DNA from: a virus | Taxonomy: Duplodnaviria > Caudoviricetes | Virus record (IMG/VR): IMGVR_UViG_3300028833_000068 | Location: 32,001 to 96,000 of that record | Reading direction: 5' to 3' (one strand) | DNA length: 64,000 nt | Part shown: piece after piece, positions 41,533 through 50,740 of the stretch | Position numbering within the stretch: position 1 is the first letter of the stretch | Layout of the letters: each line of letters opens with the position of its first letter | Notes under the pieces: generated by a model | The model's input: the letters and a program-made list of their open reading frames with translations, nothing else | What the model was told of the DNA's origin: nothing | The model's database searches: none | Position numbers and translations under genes: made by a program

Positions 41533-42673
41533 AACGTCTATTCTCCATTAAAATAATTCTAGAATATGGCTCTAATATGTTACCAAATTTTTCTTCATCT
41601 AATATTTCATTTATTTTATTCTCACTTACAATCTTATATACATTCTTTATACTCCTATCACTAGTATCAATTGGTGCATATAACTCTTCATCCATAGTTT
41701 CCTTCGCCTCATCTGTTAATAATGGAACTGATAAATCAATGATTTTCTCGTTTATCTCATAAAGCCTATCACCTTGGCATCCATCTGTAACCACATTAAC
41801 GATGTTTTCAAGCGATTTGAGAGGCTTTTGCTTGTTCTGCTTCCTCTCTTCCAATAACTCCTTTGAACGACTTATAATCGCCTCCAAATTAAGTCTATCA
41901 GTCTTTAATTGTGGGAACAACTTAACCAATGTGGTATTACCAACGCCCTTTACGCCTTTTATGTTATCAGATACATCTCCGCATATCATTTTCTCAAGAA
42001 CAATGTTCTCTGGCAATATGCCAATCTTTTCAACAGCGTTTTCTTTTGTGATAAACTCTCTTAATCTAGGATTATATATAATGACGGTATCTGAAATCAA
42101 TTGCGTTAAATCTCTGTCTGACGAAACAATCACAATCTTTTCATCTGCTTTCTTGTTCTTCACATAATAACTTATAATGTCATCACCTTCAACGTTCTCA
42201 AACTCATATTGCCGTATGCACAATTCATCAAGTATTTCTTGAAGAATAGGCTTTTGTCTTGCAAAACTCTCATCGTCACTCTCTTGCCTATTAGACTTCT
42301 CCCTAGAATGACTCATTACCATCTTAGCAAAGTCACGCAGTTTCTTATCATATTCAGTCATATTGGGGTCATGGTTCTCATAGTTCTTATCCCTATTTGC
42401 CTTATAATCCTTGTATATTTGGTATCTGAGCACCCCACTCCCGTCACCATCGAATGCGGCAATACAATAATTGAAATCCTTCTTTCTAAGAATATCACCT
42501 ATCATCCTTAATGATGTCAATATAATTCCATATTCCTTTCCATCATTATTCATCTTATGGTCTACAGAAGCCATTTTCATGATGTTATTGCCATCTATCA
42601 ATAATGTATACGTGTATTTTGTTATGTCTATATTGTTCGCTTCTGCTATTCGTTTCCTAATTGGTTGTCTCAT
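41507..42673 (-). CDS. 5'-3' exonuclease / flap endonuclease (T4 RNase H-like)
   Basis: LIDGNN, FDG, YKANR, EGDDII, SSDRDLTQL, GDVSDNIKGVKGVG. Confidence 0.93.
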   Translation of the reverse strand: MRQPIRKRIAEANNIDITKYTYTLLIDGNNIMKMASVDHKMNNDGKEYGIILTSLRMIGDILRKKDFNYCIAAFDGDGSGVLRYQIYKDYKANRDKNYENHDPNMTEYDKKLRDFAKMVMSHSREKSNRQESDDESFARQKPILQEILDELCIRQYEFENVEGDDIISYYVKNKKADEKIVIVSSDRDLTQLISDTVIIYNPRLREFITKENAVEKIGILPENIVLEKMICGDVSDNIKGVKGVGNTTLVKLFPQLKTDRLNLEAIISRSKELLEERKQNKQKPLKSLENIVNVVTDGCQGDRLYEINEKIIDLSVPLLTDEAKETMDEELYAPIDTSDRSIKNVYKIVSENKINEILDEEKFGNILEPYSRIILMENRRYEQYRKEN

Positions 42674-43034
42674 ATTCTACCACTTTAACTTGTAAGTTTT
42701 TTTCATTCATAATATCAATCATATGCTTTGTTCCGTGAGATTTACCATCCCAAAATGCAATAAGGGCATCTGCCACCTCTGCCATTTGTTCATTTCTACG
42801 AAATCCAGCCCTCTTACCAAACTTCTTCCAATCTGCTGGATATATTTCCAACGTAAATCCCTCATCCTCACAGTACTTTTCTCCAAGTAAATCAGCTCCA
42901 CGTGCATGACCACTAACTATGATGATATTATGGGTTTTCCTTTTCTCACGAAGATACTTATTACACTGCTCATGTAATAAACGATAATTGCTAAAACCTC
43001 TTGACCCAGCTATGATAACTTTAAAGTTTTCCAT
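42657..43034 (-). CDS. SLOG-family protein (YspA/DUF2493-like)
   Basis: IIAGSR, SGHARGAD, PADW...GKRAG..RN..M, FWDGKSHGT. Confidence 0.9.
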   Translation of the reverse strand: MENFKVIIAGSRGFSNYRLLHEQCNKYLREKRKTHNIIIVSGHARGADLLGEKYCEDEGFTLEIYPADWKKFGKRAGFRRNEQMAEVADALIAFWDGKSHGTKHMIDIMNEKNLQVKVVEYETTN

Positions 43035-43050
43035 ATTCAGTTATTTTTTG

Positions 43051-43107
43051 CAAAGATATACAAAAAATTGTTAAAAACCAAATTTAAAAGGTATTTATTG
43101 AAAAATA
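43051..43107. promoter_or_regulatory. back-to-back promoters: Bacteroidota type (minus) and TATTTAT-N4-AAATA (plus)
   Basis: CAAAGATA 43051-43058, CAAA 43079-43082; TATTTAT 43092-43098. Confidence 0.6.
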
Positions 43108-43117
43108 TTTTAAAAAA

Positions 43118-44428
43118 ATGAAAATCAAAATAACTGAATCACAATATGATAACCTTGTATTGGTTGAAACTGAAAATGCTGCTTTTAAAAGAAGTAATGC
43201 TAAGGATGCCAATCTAAAGCGAATTTGGAAAGTGATTGACATGAAACAAAAACAACTTTATAAAGAGGTCTTTGGTGAATTGTCAGAAAAAATGTATGAC
43301 ATTACAGTTGCCAAAGAAAAAAGAATGAAGGGAGTAAAACCAAAAGGAGATTTCTTAAAGATACCAAATAATATGTTCTCAGCTGGAAATGATAAACTTC
43401 CAGCTAGTGTACTAATTGTGAACATGTCTTCCGCTTTAATGTGCCCATCATACTACCTTGGTGTTTGCCAAATCACAAATGGCGCTTGTTATGCAATGAG
43501 AGATGAAAACCAATACTCAAGAGTAGATGTTGGTTCTGTACTTCGAAACAATTGGCAACGTGACCTTATGCATACCCAAATGCTACAACAATATCAACAT
43601 GGCAATAAAAAACCAATGAGAACATTTTTCAAAATTCTAGAAACATATATACAATTGGGAAATGCATATGCTGAAAACTTATATAAGATAGAATTAGAAA
43701 AGATGGAATACAAATATGGAAGAGAATTAACCCAAGAAGAAAAAAATCTATTAAGAGTTCAACAATCTGATAGTAAAATTACCGATATTAGATTGAATGA
43801 AAGCGGTGATTTCCATTGCCAACTAGCAGTAGACCTATGGGCTAAATTCGCTAGAAAAATTAAAAAGAAATATGGCATTAATACCCATGCTTATACAGCT
43901 AGAAATCTTGATTATTCAAAAGCATCACAAGATATGTCCATTAACTATTCACATCAAGGGGATGGAAATGCAAGAGGTGGCTTACCAAGAAGATTTAAAG
44001 CTGTTAGTGATGCAGAGTTTAATTCACTAGAAGGTGGTAATGAGGTTAAAAACCAACAGCCAATACTAGGACAAAAACCTAATGGCGAATTCTTCTATAA
44101 ATGCCCTTGCAGTAATAAAGAAACTAAATGCGATAGATGTGGCGTTTGTTTTGCCCCAAATAAGACTGGAACACCATACACCATTTATGTTAAATATCAT
44201 GGTGCTGTAGCTGCAAATGGACTCAAAAACTTATTTACAGCCAAGGAAATTAATAGTGTAATGAATGCACTAAAGACAAATGGATGGGTTACAGATAAAG
44301 AAATGAAATCTAGAAATAGAAAAGACAACGTTAAAAAACTTAACGACTACTCAGAAAAAATATTGGCACAAAGAAATGGAAAAGCACCAAAAGATGAATT
44401 TAATACTGAAAAAGTTGGAAAAGAATAA
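43118..44428 (+). CDS. GP88-like Cys-rich (radical-SAM-like) protein with N-terminal KIKITESQ leader
   Basis: GNDKL, CPS....C.....CYA, IRLNESGDF, YT, CPC...CDRCGVC. Confidence 0.7.
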   Translation: MKIKITESQYDNLVLVETENAAFKRSNAKDANLKRIWKVIDMKQKQLYKEVFGELSEKMYDITVAKEKRMKGVKPKGDFLKIPNNMFSAGNDKLPASVLIVNMSSALMCPSYYLGVCQITNGACYAMRDENQYSRVDVGSVLRNNWQRDLMHTQMLQQYQHGNKKPMRTFFKILETYIQLGNAYAENLYKIELEKMEYKYGRELTQEEKNLLRVQQSDSKITDIRLNESGDFHCQLAVDLWAKFARKIKKKYGINTHAYTARNLDYSKASQDMSINYSHQGDGNARGGLPRRFKAVSDAEFNSLEGGNEVKNQQPILGQKPNGEFFYKCPCSNKETKCDRCGVCFAPNKTGTPYTIYVKYHGAVAANGLKNLFTAKEINSVMNALKTNGWVTDKEMKSRNRKDNVKKLNDYSEKILAQRNGKAPKDEFNTEKVGKE

Positions 44429-44458
44429 AAGGCTAAGAAACAAAACTTAGCCTTTCTT
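44428..44458. terminator. bidirectional terminator
   Basis: AAAGGCTAAG-N-CTTAGCCTTT. Confidence 0.7.
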
Positions 44459-44460
44459 AT

Positions 44461-44958
44461 TTATTCTAACAACTTCTTATCATCATATTTGTCAAATATC
44501 TTCTGAATCATATCCATAGTTCCAAGAGTTGCCTTCATAATCATCTCATGAATCTTCATTACCTCATTCAACTTGGTCTTGTTGGACTTCCTCTTACCAA
44601 ATAATGAATCCTTATATTCAGACACAATCGCCTCATATGCTCTCTTCCATTCAGGATGTAGTTCAAAAATTGGTAGACAATACTTCATGAACTCAGCAAT
44701 CTCATCAGTCTTCTTCTTGCGATGCTTCTTAGGCCAATAATCAAGAATAATGTCAAAATCATAATCCAACATGATTTGGCTCTTATCATTTTCATCCAAT
44801 TGATTCATCACTTGTTCCTCAATTGACGTTGGGGGTAAGTCAATACCATGCCACTTCTGAGCTGGAATTACCTCAAACTCATTCTCAATCGTAATATTTC
44901 TAGTAACAATTCTACGGTCACTAGTAATTGCCTTAAATGTTATTATTGTTTTATTCAT
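44461..44958 (-). CDS. hypothetical protein
   Basis: ORF track. Confidence 0.7.
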   Translation of the reverse strand: MNKTIITFKAITSDRRIVTRNITIENEFEVIPAQKWHGIDLPPTSIEEQVMNQLDENDKSQIMLDYDFDIILDYWPKKHRKKKTDEIAEFMKYCLPIFELHPEWKRAYEAIVSEYKDSLFGKRKSNKTKLNEVMKIHEMIMKATLGTMDMIQKIFDKYDDKKLLE

Positions 44959-44962
44959 ATTT

Positions 44963-45193
44963 TTATCTGTACGTTGGTTTATATTCCCACCTATCTATCA
45001 CTTTGTTATACTTGTTATACACCTCCACGTTGAAGCATTTAACTTTTATCAAGTTCTCCTTAGAAATTCTTTCGGAAATATAGTTATTGACCTTATCGAT
45101 GATGTTGTCTTTGCAGCCAATAATCGTTTTGGTAAGAACTGTCTTACGAGACCAACTAGGTTTAACTAATGCTTCTCTTATAATCGCTTTCAT
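44963..45193 (-). CDS. hypothetical protein (start corrected to MKAIIRE)
   Basis: Promoter at 45212-45242 lies inside the longer ORF call. Confidence 0.65.
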   Translation of the reverse strand: MKAIIREALVKPSWSRKTVLTKTIIGCKDNIIDKVNNYISERISKENLIKVKCFNVEVYNKYNKVIDRWEYKPTYR

Positions 45194-45211
45194 ATTTATT
45201 CTTTTTTTTTG

Positions 45212-45256
45212 CAAATGTACGAAAAAAAATTGGAGTGACAAAATATCTACTCCAAT
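45212..45256 (-). promoter_or_regulatory. Bacteroidota-type promoter fused with a terminator hairpin
   Basis: ATTGGAGTAGATATTTTGTCACTCCAAT-T7-CG-TACATTTG. Confidence 0.65.
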
Positions 45257-45377
45257 CTTTAATATATTTTAACGAATATACTCTATTAGTCTATCTATAT
45301 CATTAAAATATAAATCATCATCTTTCATGAACTTATTATATTTTTCATCTAAAAAATATATGAGTTTTGCCATAATG

Positions 45378-45425
45378 CAAAGATATAAAAAAAATCTGAG
45401 AATTCCAAATAAATCCCCAGATTTT
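45378..45425 (-). promoter_or_regulatory. Bacteroidota-type promoter fused with the neck-gene terminator hairpin
   Basis: AATCTGGGGATTTATTTGGAATTCTCAGATT-T6-A-TATCTTTG. Confidence 0.7.
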
Positions 45426-45432
45426 TATTCTT

Positions 45433-46584
45433 TTATCTTATATACATTCCCAAAGGTTTCTTCTTCAACACTTCCATAAGCTGATTATTGAGTTCAGCTT
45501 GATTCTTCATGAGATTCCACGGGAGCATTTCATCCAACCTCTCCTTCAACTCATTTAATACAGTCTCCTTCTCAGCCTTCCCTTGTTCAAGCAACATGTT
45601 GTAGTCCATTTGAGCTTCAGCTTCGGGAATCTTAATTTGTCCCGAAAAAGTCCCTCGGATTATACCTAATAGAATCTTCGCTTCTGCCACAAGCAAACGT
45701 CTAATAATCTGTTGAGTTGGGTTGTTCATCAACTCGTACCTCATCTTGTCCAACGGCACTTGGTCTGGCGTTATAATTACATCATCCTTGTTCTCAATCC
45801 TACAAAGGTCAGCATCTTCTGCACTTCCACTAACATCATAGTAGGTATACCAACAAATGCAATTGTGGTACTTACGCCACCCCCATGTGTCATCAGCAGC
45901 AACACCACCAATCATGTTTGGTGAACCTGGAACGGACATGAGGTGAATCAAGTGTGTACCATCTGGACCAGCTGTAACCTTATAAGCTAAGTCACCCCTT
46001 AGCATGGAGTTCTTATACTTCAAGTCTGCTGCCATTAAAGCCGTGTCATAGACATTGCCCACATAGAAGCCTGTCAAACCACCCATGTAGGATAGATTGC
46101 CAAGTTGTCCAAAACCACCACCAATACCAGTATCAAGTGTACCCAAGTTACCGTATAAAGCAGCCTTGGTTGTTGATGGCGTGATATATAAAACCTTATT
46201 GATTTCACGTCCAGCTGGAACAACGTACACTTGTTTGCCTTTTTCAATTCTGAAGAAATCTTTTTTAAGTTCATAGTTACCACGTTGCTGTAAACCTACC
46301 TCTCTACTGAACCAATAACTGTAATCCCTACTCCAATCCATTGTACGCACGGTCATTGCATAAGCAAGTTCATTTGCGTTTTGGAATTGGAATGTGTTCT
46401 TGCTTTGGATATTAAGCCATTGAGTTTTTAGCACCCAATTCTGTACCTTTTCTGAGTAATCGCCTATTGCTACGTCCAAGAGGTCACAAAGTTGCTCGTC
46501 CTCAAGTTGAACCTTACGCACTGGACTTCCCAAAAGTGTCCTCGTTAATTTAAATAAGTCTTTTATTTCTTGACTAAGTACCAT
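45433..46584 (-). CDS. neck / head-tail adaptor protein (T4 gp13-like)
   Basis: LLGSPVRKVQLEDEQL, AEAKILLGIIRGTFSG, EQGKAEKE.L..EL. Confidence 0.8.
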   Translation of the reverse strand: MVLSQEIKDLFKLTRTLLGSPVRKVQLEDEQLCDLLDVAIGDYSEKVQNWVLKTQWLNIQSKNTFQFQNANELAYAMTVRTMDWSRDYSYWFSREVGLQQRGNYELKKDFFRIEKGKQVYVVPAGREINKVLYITPSTTKAALYGNLGTLDTGIGGGFGQLGNLSYMGGLTGFYVGNVYDTALMAADLKYKNSMLRGDLAYKVTAGPDGTHLIHLMSVPGSPNMIGGVAADDTWGWRKYHNCICWYTYYDVSGSAEDADLCRIENKDDVIITPDQVPLDKMRYELMNNPTQQIIRRLLVAEAKILLGIIRGTFSGQIKIPEAEAQMDYNMLLEQGKAEKETVLNELKERLDEMLPWNLMKNQAELNNQLMEVLKKKPLGMYIR

Positions 46585-47515
46585 ATTTATTTATTTCATT
46601 TATTAAATCATTATTATTACTATAAATAGTATCTAAATAATGATTTGGTATTTCTTTTTCTTTAGAAAAATAAAATAATTTTATCCCATTATTTTTACAT
46701 TTTTCAAATTTTTCTTTATCTTTTTTAACAGTATATTCATATTTCTTATTTCCACCAAAATATTTGACGGGTTTAAAATGTTGTATTCCTTGGTATTCGA
46801 TTCCAACTTTTTTAGATGGTATATAAATATCAATACTTTGTCCTTTAAGCCAATCTGTTTTGTATTGACAAATAACTTCTTCACCATAATATTTCTTTAA
46901 TATGTCAAATAACAGCATTTCATTAATATTATGTTCCTCATGACATTTAGGGCAACCAACACCAGTCATGTGAGAATGTGGTGACTGCCAGAATTCTCCA
47001 TGCTCTGGACATATAATACAAACCTTATCATCAGTCCCTTTACATTCTACCTTTGAGTAATCATATTTATTATTATGTACCTTTTTTGACCTTTTTATAA
47101 AAATTTCGTTAGTTAATTTAGCCACTCTAGAACACATTTGACATCCTTGACCTCTTAAATGCTTTTCTGGAGTTTTCTCAAATTCTCCATGTATCGAGCA
47201 TATTATTATCACTGGAGTCTTTTCATTAACATATTTAACTTTTGAATAATCATACTTATCGCCATGAACTTTTTTAGCTCGCTCTATGAACTCTTCTGTA
47301 GTATAAGCGAAACTTCTGTGATTACAATATTTGCACCCTTGCTTTTGATTAATATGATTATTAAATGGCATTTCAAAAACATTTCCACAGTTTTTACAGA
47401 TTATTTTATTTTTAGCAAATAAACCTTCATTCTCCACCAATGAGTAGTCATACTTATTACCATGAACTTTTTTAGCTCGCTCTATCATTTCTAAAATTGT
47501 TAATCGTTTACTCAT
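46574..47515 (-). mobile_element. free-standing homing endonuclease (DUF723-like repeats plus C-terminal Vsr/PD-(D/E)XK-like domain)
   Basis: 3x F.ERAKKVHG.KYDYS...C..HG.F...H..G.GC..C; IDIYIP...IEYQGIQHF. Confidence 0.85.
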
Positions 47516-47585
47516 AATATTTTCTTTTTATATATAAATATAAAGGTTTACTAAAAAGTGCGCCTAGTAAAGTGTAATTTATATA

Positions 47586-47615
47586 AAAAAAAACAGCAAC
47601 ATTTATTGCTGTTTT
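47586..47615. terminator. intrinsic terminator
   Basis: AAAACAGCAA-CATTTA-TTGCTGTTTT. Confidence 0.65.
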
Positions 47616-47790
47616 ATATTACCTCGTTTATTTCATCTTCTGCGTTTCTCTGTATGAATCTTCTCATGCTACGCTTCCTATACTTGATAAGCAAATGTTG
47701 TCTATCAGTTTTACTAAACCTTCTGCCATCAGTAGTCCAATGTTCTGTGAGAGCATATTTAACTCTTCTTCTCATTGCCATGTGTTTCAT
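47614..47790 (-). CDS. small basic hypothetical protein, 58 aa (MKHMAMRRRVKY...)
   Basis: Manual translation; fills the gap before the terminator. Confidence 0.5.
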   Translation of the reverse strand: MKHMAMRRRVKYALTEHWTTDGRRFSKTDRQHLLIKYRKRSMRRFIQRNAEDEINEVI

Positions 47791-48154
47791 GCTGCTTTTT
47801 TCTTTCCTCCATTTTTTCCTTTATAAGTTTTCTTTGTAATCTGTCTGCGATTATTTCTGCATGACAGCATTTAGGTTTGCAGAAGCATTGAAGGTATATA
47901 TCCTCACCATTTTTATAGTGTTCATATATTTCATCAAATGCCTTTGTAAGCTCTGTATTTTTGCCGTAGGCTGCGTCAAAATACTTCTCGTAGGCTTCTA
48001 CTGCCTCGTCCCTAGTTTTGAACGTGAGGGTCTTAAAAACGCTTTTAACACCATTATGAGAAAACGGATTACCTAATGGGCTAGGTCTAGCAACATAGAA
48101 ATTGTTAGGTTCTGATGTATGGTCTTCGTTATGACTATTATAAACGTATATCAT
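47759..48154 (-). CDS. DUF4326-like protein
   Basis: YVARPSPLGNPF, RDEAVEAY, L.CFCKPKCCHAEII. Confidence 0.85.
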   Translation of the reverse strand: MIYVYNSHNEDHTSEPNNFYVARPSPLGNPFSHNGVKSVFKTLTFKTRDEAVEAYEKYFDAAYGKNTELTKAFDEIYEHYKNGEDIYLQCFCKPKCCHAEIIADRLQRKLIKEKMEERKKQHETHGNEKKS

Positions 48155-48600
48155 ACTTCTATATCCTTTAGTTTATAGTCTACTATTTCTCCATTATAGA
48201 TTCTCTTACCACTATTTTCAATATACTTTTTGAGGAAATCATGCCATAATCTAACATAGGTATCAACGTATACTATATCGTTAGTATATTTACCCCAAGG
48301 ATTCAATCTAACTTCCCTATTACGATAATCCCCATTATAACGTTTAAATGTTACTAACCCACTTTCTATGTGTTTTAAGAGATTACCCATAAATCCATCA
48401 AGGGTTCTGCCTCTTCCCTTACTAAGGAAATCTTCAACGAATGTATTACTACCTTTTGGAAAATTGGTTCTACGTATTCTTCCTTGATTTCTCCAATATG
48501 ACCCAGCGTATTCGCCCTTAAGGATTCTGTGAAAGTAGATATGCCCATCAAGCGATAGTTCTCTTTTCAAGAACATATAAAATACTTGTGTTGCTGTCAT
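48151..48600 (-). CDS. hypothetical protein
   Basis: ORF track. Confidence 0.7.
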   Translation of the reverse strand: MTATQVFYMFLKRELSLDGHIYFHRILKGEYAGSYWRNQGRIRRTNFPKGSNTFVEDFLSKGRGRTLDGFMGNLLKHIESGLVTFKRYNGDYRNREVRLNPWGKYTNDIVYVDTYVRLWHDFLKKYIENSGKRIYNGEIVDYKLKDIEV

Positions 48601-48603
48601 AGT

Positions 48604-48807
48604 TTAGAAATTATTGTCAATATACCTAAGAATCTCATTGATTTCCTTCGGTGATTTCTTTGAAAACTTATCAAATAACTTAATCGCTAGGTTTCTGTCA
48701 ATCTCATTGCTCTTAAATGCCTCTGCTGCATTTAATATAGCTTCAACTTGGTCACTAGGCATATTCAACATTGATGCCATAGTCTTCTTTAAAAACATAT
48801 TTGCCAT
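48604..48807 (-). CDS. hypothetical protein
   Basis: ORF with promoter at 48827-48858. Confidence 0.7.
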   Translation of the reverse strand: MANMFLKKTMASMLNMPSDQVEAILNAAEAFKSNEIDRNLAIKLFDKFSKKSPKEINEILRYIDNNF

Positions 48808-48826
48808 AATCTTTGTATTTTTTTTG

Positions 48827-48858
48827 CAAAGATATGTAAAAAAAATGAAATTAACAAA
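48827..48858 (-). promoter_or_regulatory. Bacteroidota-type promoter
   Basis: TTTG-N20-TATCTTTG. Confidence 0.7.
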
Positions 48859-49070
48859 TTTTTAGAGATTTAATTTCCCTAAAGCATCATATAAATCCTT
48901 AATCTCTTCCTTTGAAAACTTTACCTCATCAATATAATGGCCATAAACATCATATACAGCCAATGTGTACTCTAACTTGTAATCATCACAAGTTAACTCA
49001 ATCTTATTATTATTAATTATATCCATATCTAAATCCAATTTAGAATAAATATAACAATACTTTCAAAAAA

Positions 49071-49104
49071 GAAAAATGCAGCTACTTTCACAAGCAACTG
49101 CATC
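49071..49104 (-). terminator. intrinsic terminator after the tRNA operon
   Basis: GATGCAGTTGCTT-GTGA-AAGTAGCTGCATT-TTT. Confidence 0.7.
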
Positions 49105-49138
49105 GTTAAATATGATTATTCATGGTGTGCCAACGCTA

Positions 49139-49345
49139 TTAATCCCACCCCCATATTTCATGGGACATAGGAAATCGCATCGACATCCTCTCTAGAGATT
49201 CATCCTTAAACCATTTCTTCTGCCTAAAGTACCACTTGAACTTCTTATGGGACTTACTCATCACGTGAGCATGATAGAACTTAACCTTCTTCCCCAATTT
49301 ATTCCAATACTTCTTTGGAGTATTTTGTTTATTTCCATTAGACAT
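49139..49345 (-). CDS. small basic hypothetical protein
   Basis: ORF track. Confidence 0.6.
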   Translation of the reverse strand: MSNGNKQNTPKKYWNKLGKKVKFYHAHVMSKSHKKFKWYFRQKKWFKDESLERMSMRFPMSHEIWGWD

Positions 49346-49361
49346 TCTTTATGATTTTTTG

Positions 49362-49432
49362 TAGCGATTGAGGTAGTCGAAACCCCACTTCCTGGGCCAA
49401 ATCCAGACGTGCGACCGCCACACCGAACCGCT
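49362..49432 (-). tRNA. tRNA-Gln(UUG)
   Basis: Acceptor AGCGGTT/AATCGCT; anticodon arm TCTGG-ATTTGGC-CCAGG; T loop TTCGACT; C at position 8. Confidence 0.85.
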
Positions 49433-49475
49433 TGGTCTACAGATACTTACGTATTTGTTTCTCTAGTAAATTTTG

Positions 49476-49557
49476 TACCCTCGGAGAGACTCGGACTCTC
49501 AAGCCTTACGGCACTAGATCCTTGGTCTAGCGTGTCTGCCAATTCCACCACAAGGGC
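49476..49557 (-). tRNA. tRNA-Leu-like with anticodon AAG (atypical C33 and C55)
   Basis: Acceptor GCCCTTG/CGAGGGT; D loop GGAATTGGCAGA; arm CTAGA-CCAAGGA-TCTAG; variable arm GCCGTAAGGC; T loop TCCGAGT. Confidence 0.75.
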
Positions 49558-49567
49558 AAATAGTTTG

Positions 49568-49654
49568 TAGCTCTGAATGGAGTCGAACCATCACAAGGCA
49601 AATGCCTTATACATTTTGAGTGTATTGCGTCTCAACCATTTGCGCCACAGAGCC
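49568..49654 (-). tRNA. tRNA-Leu(CAA)
   Basis: Acceptor GGCTCTG/CAGAGCT; arm ATACA-CTCAAAA-TGTAT; long variable arm; T loop TTCGACT. Confidence 0.92.
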
Positions 49655-49808
49655 ATATAATATATTTTTCCTACACGAAGAGGCTACCATATTGTCTGAC
49701 CAACGTCTCTTCTCCTTCAGCATTCCTTCGTCAGAAAGGTCATGCCATCCAATCCCTCCCTCGGAAAAAAAATTGCATTACAAACTAGTATTTACCCAAT
49801 TCGTAATG

Positions 49809-49840
49809 CAAAGATATGAAAAAAAATTCAAATAACCAAA
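49809..49840 (-). promoter_or_regulatory. Bacteroidota-type promoter of the tRNA operon
   Basis: TTTG-N20-TATCTTTG. Confidence 0.75.
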
Positions 49841-49854
49841 TTATTTAATAAGAA

Positions 49855-49986
49855 TTAACGAATTATTCGTTTTTCTGTTCTTCTAATAGTACCTCCAACG
49901 CTTCCGTTGTTAAGTGGGTTACTTGGTCTCTGTACTGCTTGTGTTGCAGCAGTATTGTTCTGTTTATTTTTACAACCGCATGCCAT
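49855..49986 (-). CDS. small protein, 43 aa, MACGCKNKQNN...RRTEKRIIR
   Basis: Manual translation; AT-rich ribosome-binding context; MxCxCK N-terminus. Confidence 0.7.
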   Translation of the reverse strand: MACGCKNKQNNTAATQAVQRPSNPLNNGSVGGTIRRTEKRIIR

Positions 49987-50012
49987 AATATTTTTCTTAT
50001 TTAATAACGTTA

Positions 50013-50474
50013 TTATTCTTCTGTATAATAATAATCCTCTTCGCTTGGAATATCTAATGGATTATAATTAATTTCCATTATGCTTTCTAAAGCTTTCTTA
50101 ACAATTCCATTGTCATGTATTGGAATGCAGCGTCCATCATTGTTGCAGTATTCAATACTTCCAACTTCAATTGTTGGATTATCTATTATTTCATCTGGGT
50201 CATCTGGCACATCATAGCTGTTACTTCTCATACCTCTTTTCATGTATGGGTCTCCTATAACTTCAAATGTTATATTAGCAAATCTACCACCTTGCAATTC
50301 AATATCTGTATCATTTTCTCCAAGAATTACATCCAATCGTCCTTTTTTGGCTACAGATTGGGCGATAGATTGCAAGAGCAAGTTGTTATCTTGTTGTTCT
50401 TGCAGCACCATTGCAACACTACGTTGGACTAGATTGTGCAAATCTGACTCAGTTAATCTTATTATCTTCTTCAT
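50013..50474 (-). CDS. MKKIIRLTESDL-leader protein (acidic cargo)
   Basis: Shared leader; upstream TATTTAT-N5-AAATAG at 50489-50506. Confidence 0.8.
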   Translation of the reverse strand: MKKIIRLTESDLHNLVQRSVAMVLQEQQDNNLLLQSIAQSVAKKGRLDVILGENDTDIELQGGRFANITFEVIGDPYMKRGMRSNSYDVPDDPDEIIDNPTIEVGSIEYCNNDGRCIPIHDNGIVKKALESIMEINYNPLDIPSEEDYYYTEE

Positions 50475-50527
50475 TGCCTATATTTATACTATTTCTCTAA
50501 TAAATATAACATCTTTTGAAAAAAGAA

Positions 50528-50740
50528 TCAAGATTTATCAATATTTTCCAATATTTCTTTAGCTAACTCGCTCTCATAGCACCAACGTTTATAGCATATT
50601 GGCTTTACAAGTCCTCTATTGCTATAAAACTTGCCATCCACCCACCAAGCAGATTCTACCTTGTTTCCACGTGTTAAAACTAATATTCTACCACGTCTAC
50701 AATCTGGCTTCTCATTCCTCAGTGTCTTCCAAATGCTCAT
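50528..50740 (-). CDS. small hypothetical protein (DUF551-like W...P pattern)
   Basis: WKTLRNEKP...ILV...RWCY. Confidence 0.55.
   Translation of the reverse strand: MSIWKTLRNEKPDCRRGRILVLTRGNKVESAWWVDGKFYSNRGLVKPICYKRWCYESELAKEILENIDKS

Noticed and set aside
47262-47485. 26-nt exact direct repeat
   Set aside because: Explained by duplicated DUF723-like coding repeats in the endonuclease.
49700-49735. Hammerhead ribozyme (CTGACGA core)
   Set aside because: No stem II followed by GAAA at the required position.
49620-49835. 71-aa plus-strand ORF
   Set aside because: Overlaps a tRNA and the tRNA promoter on the opposite strand.
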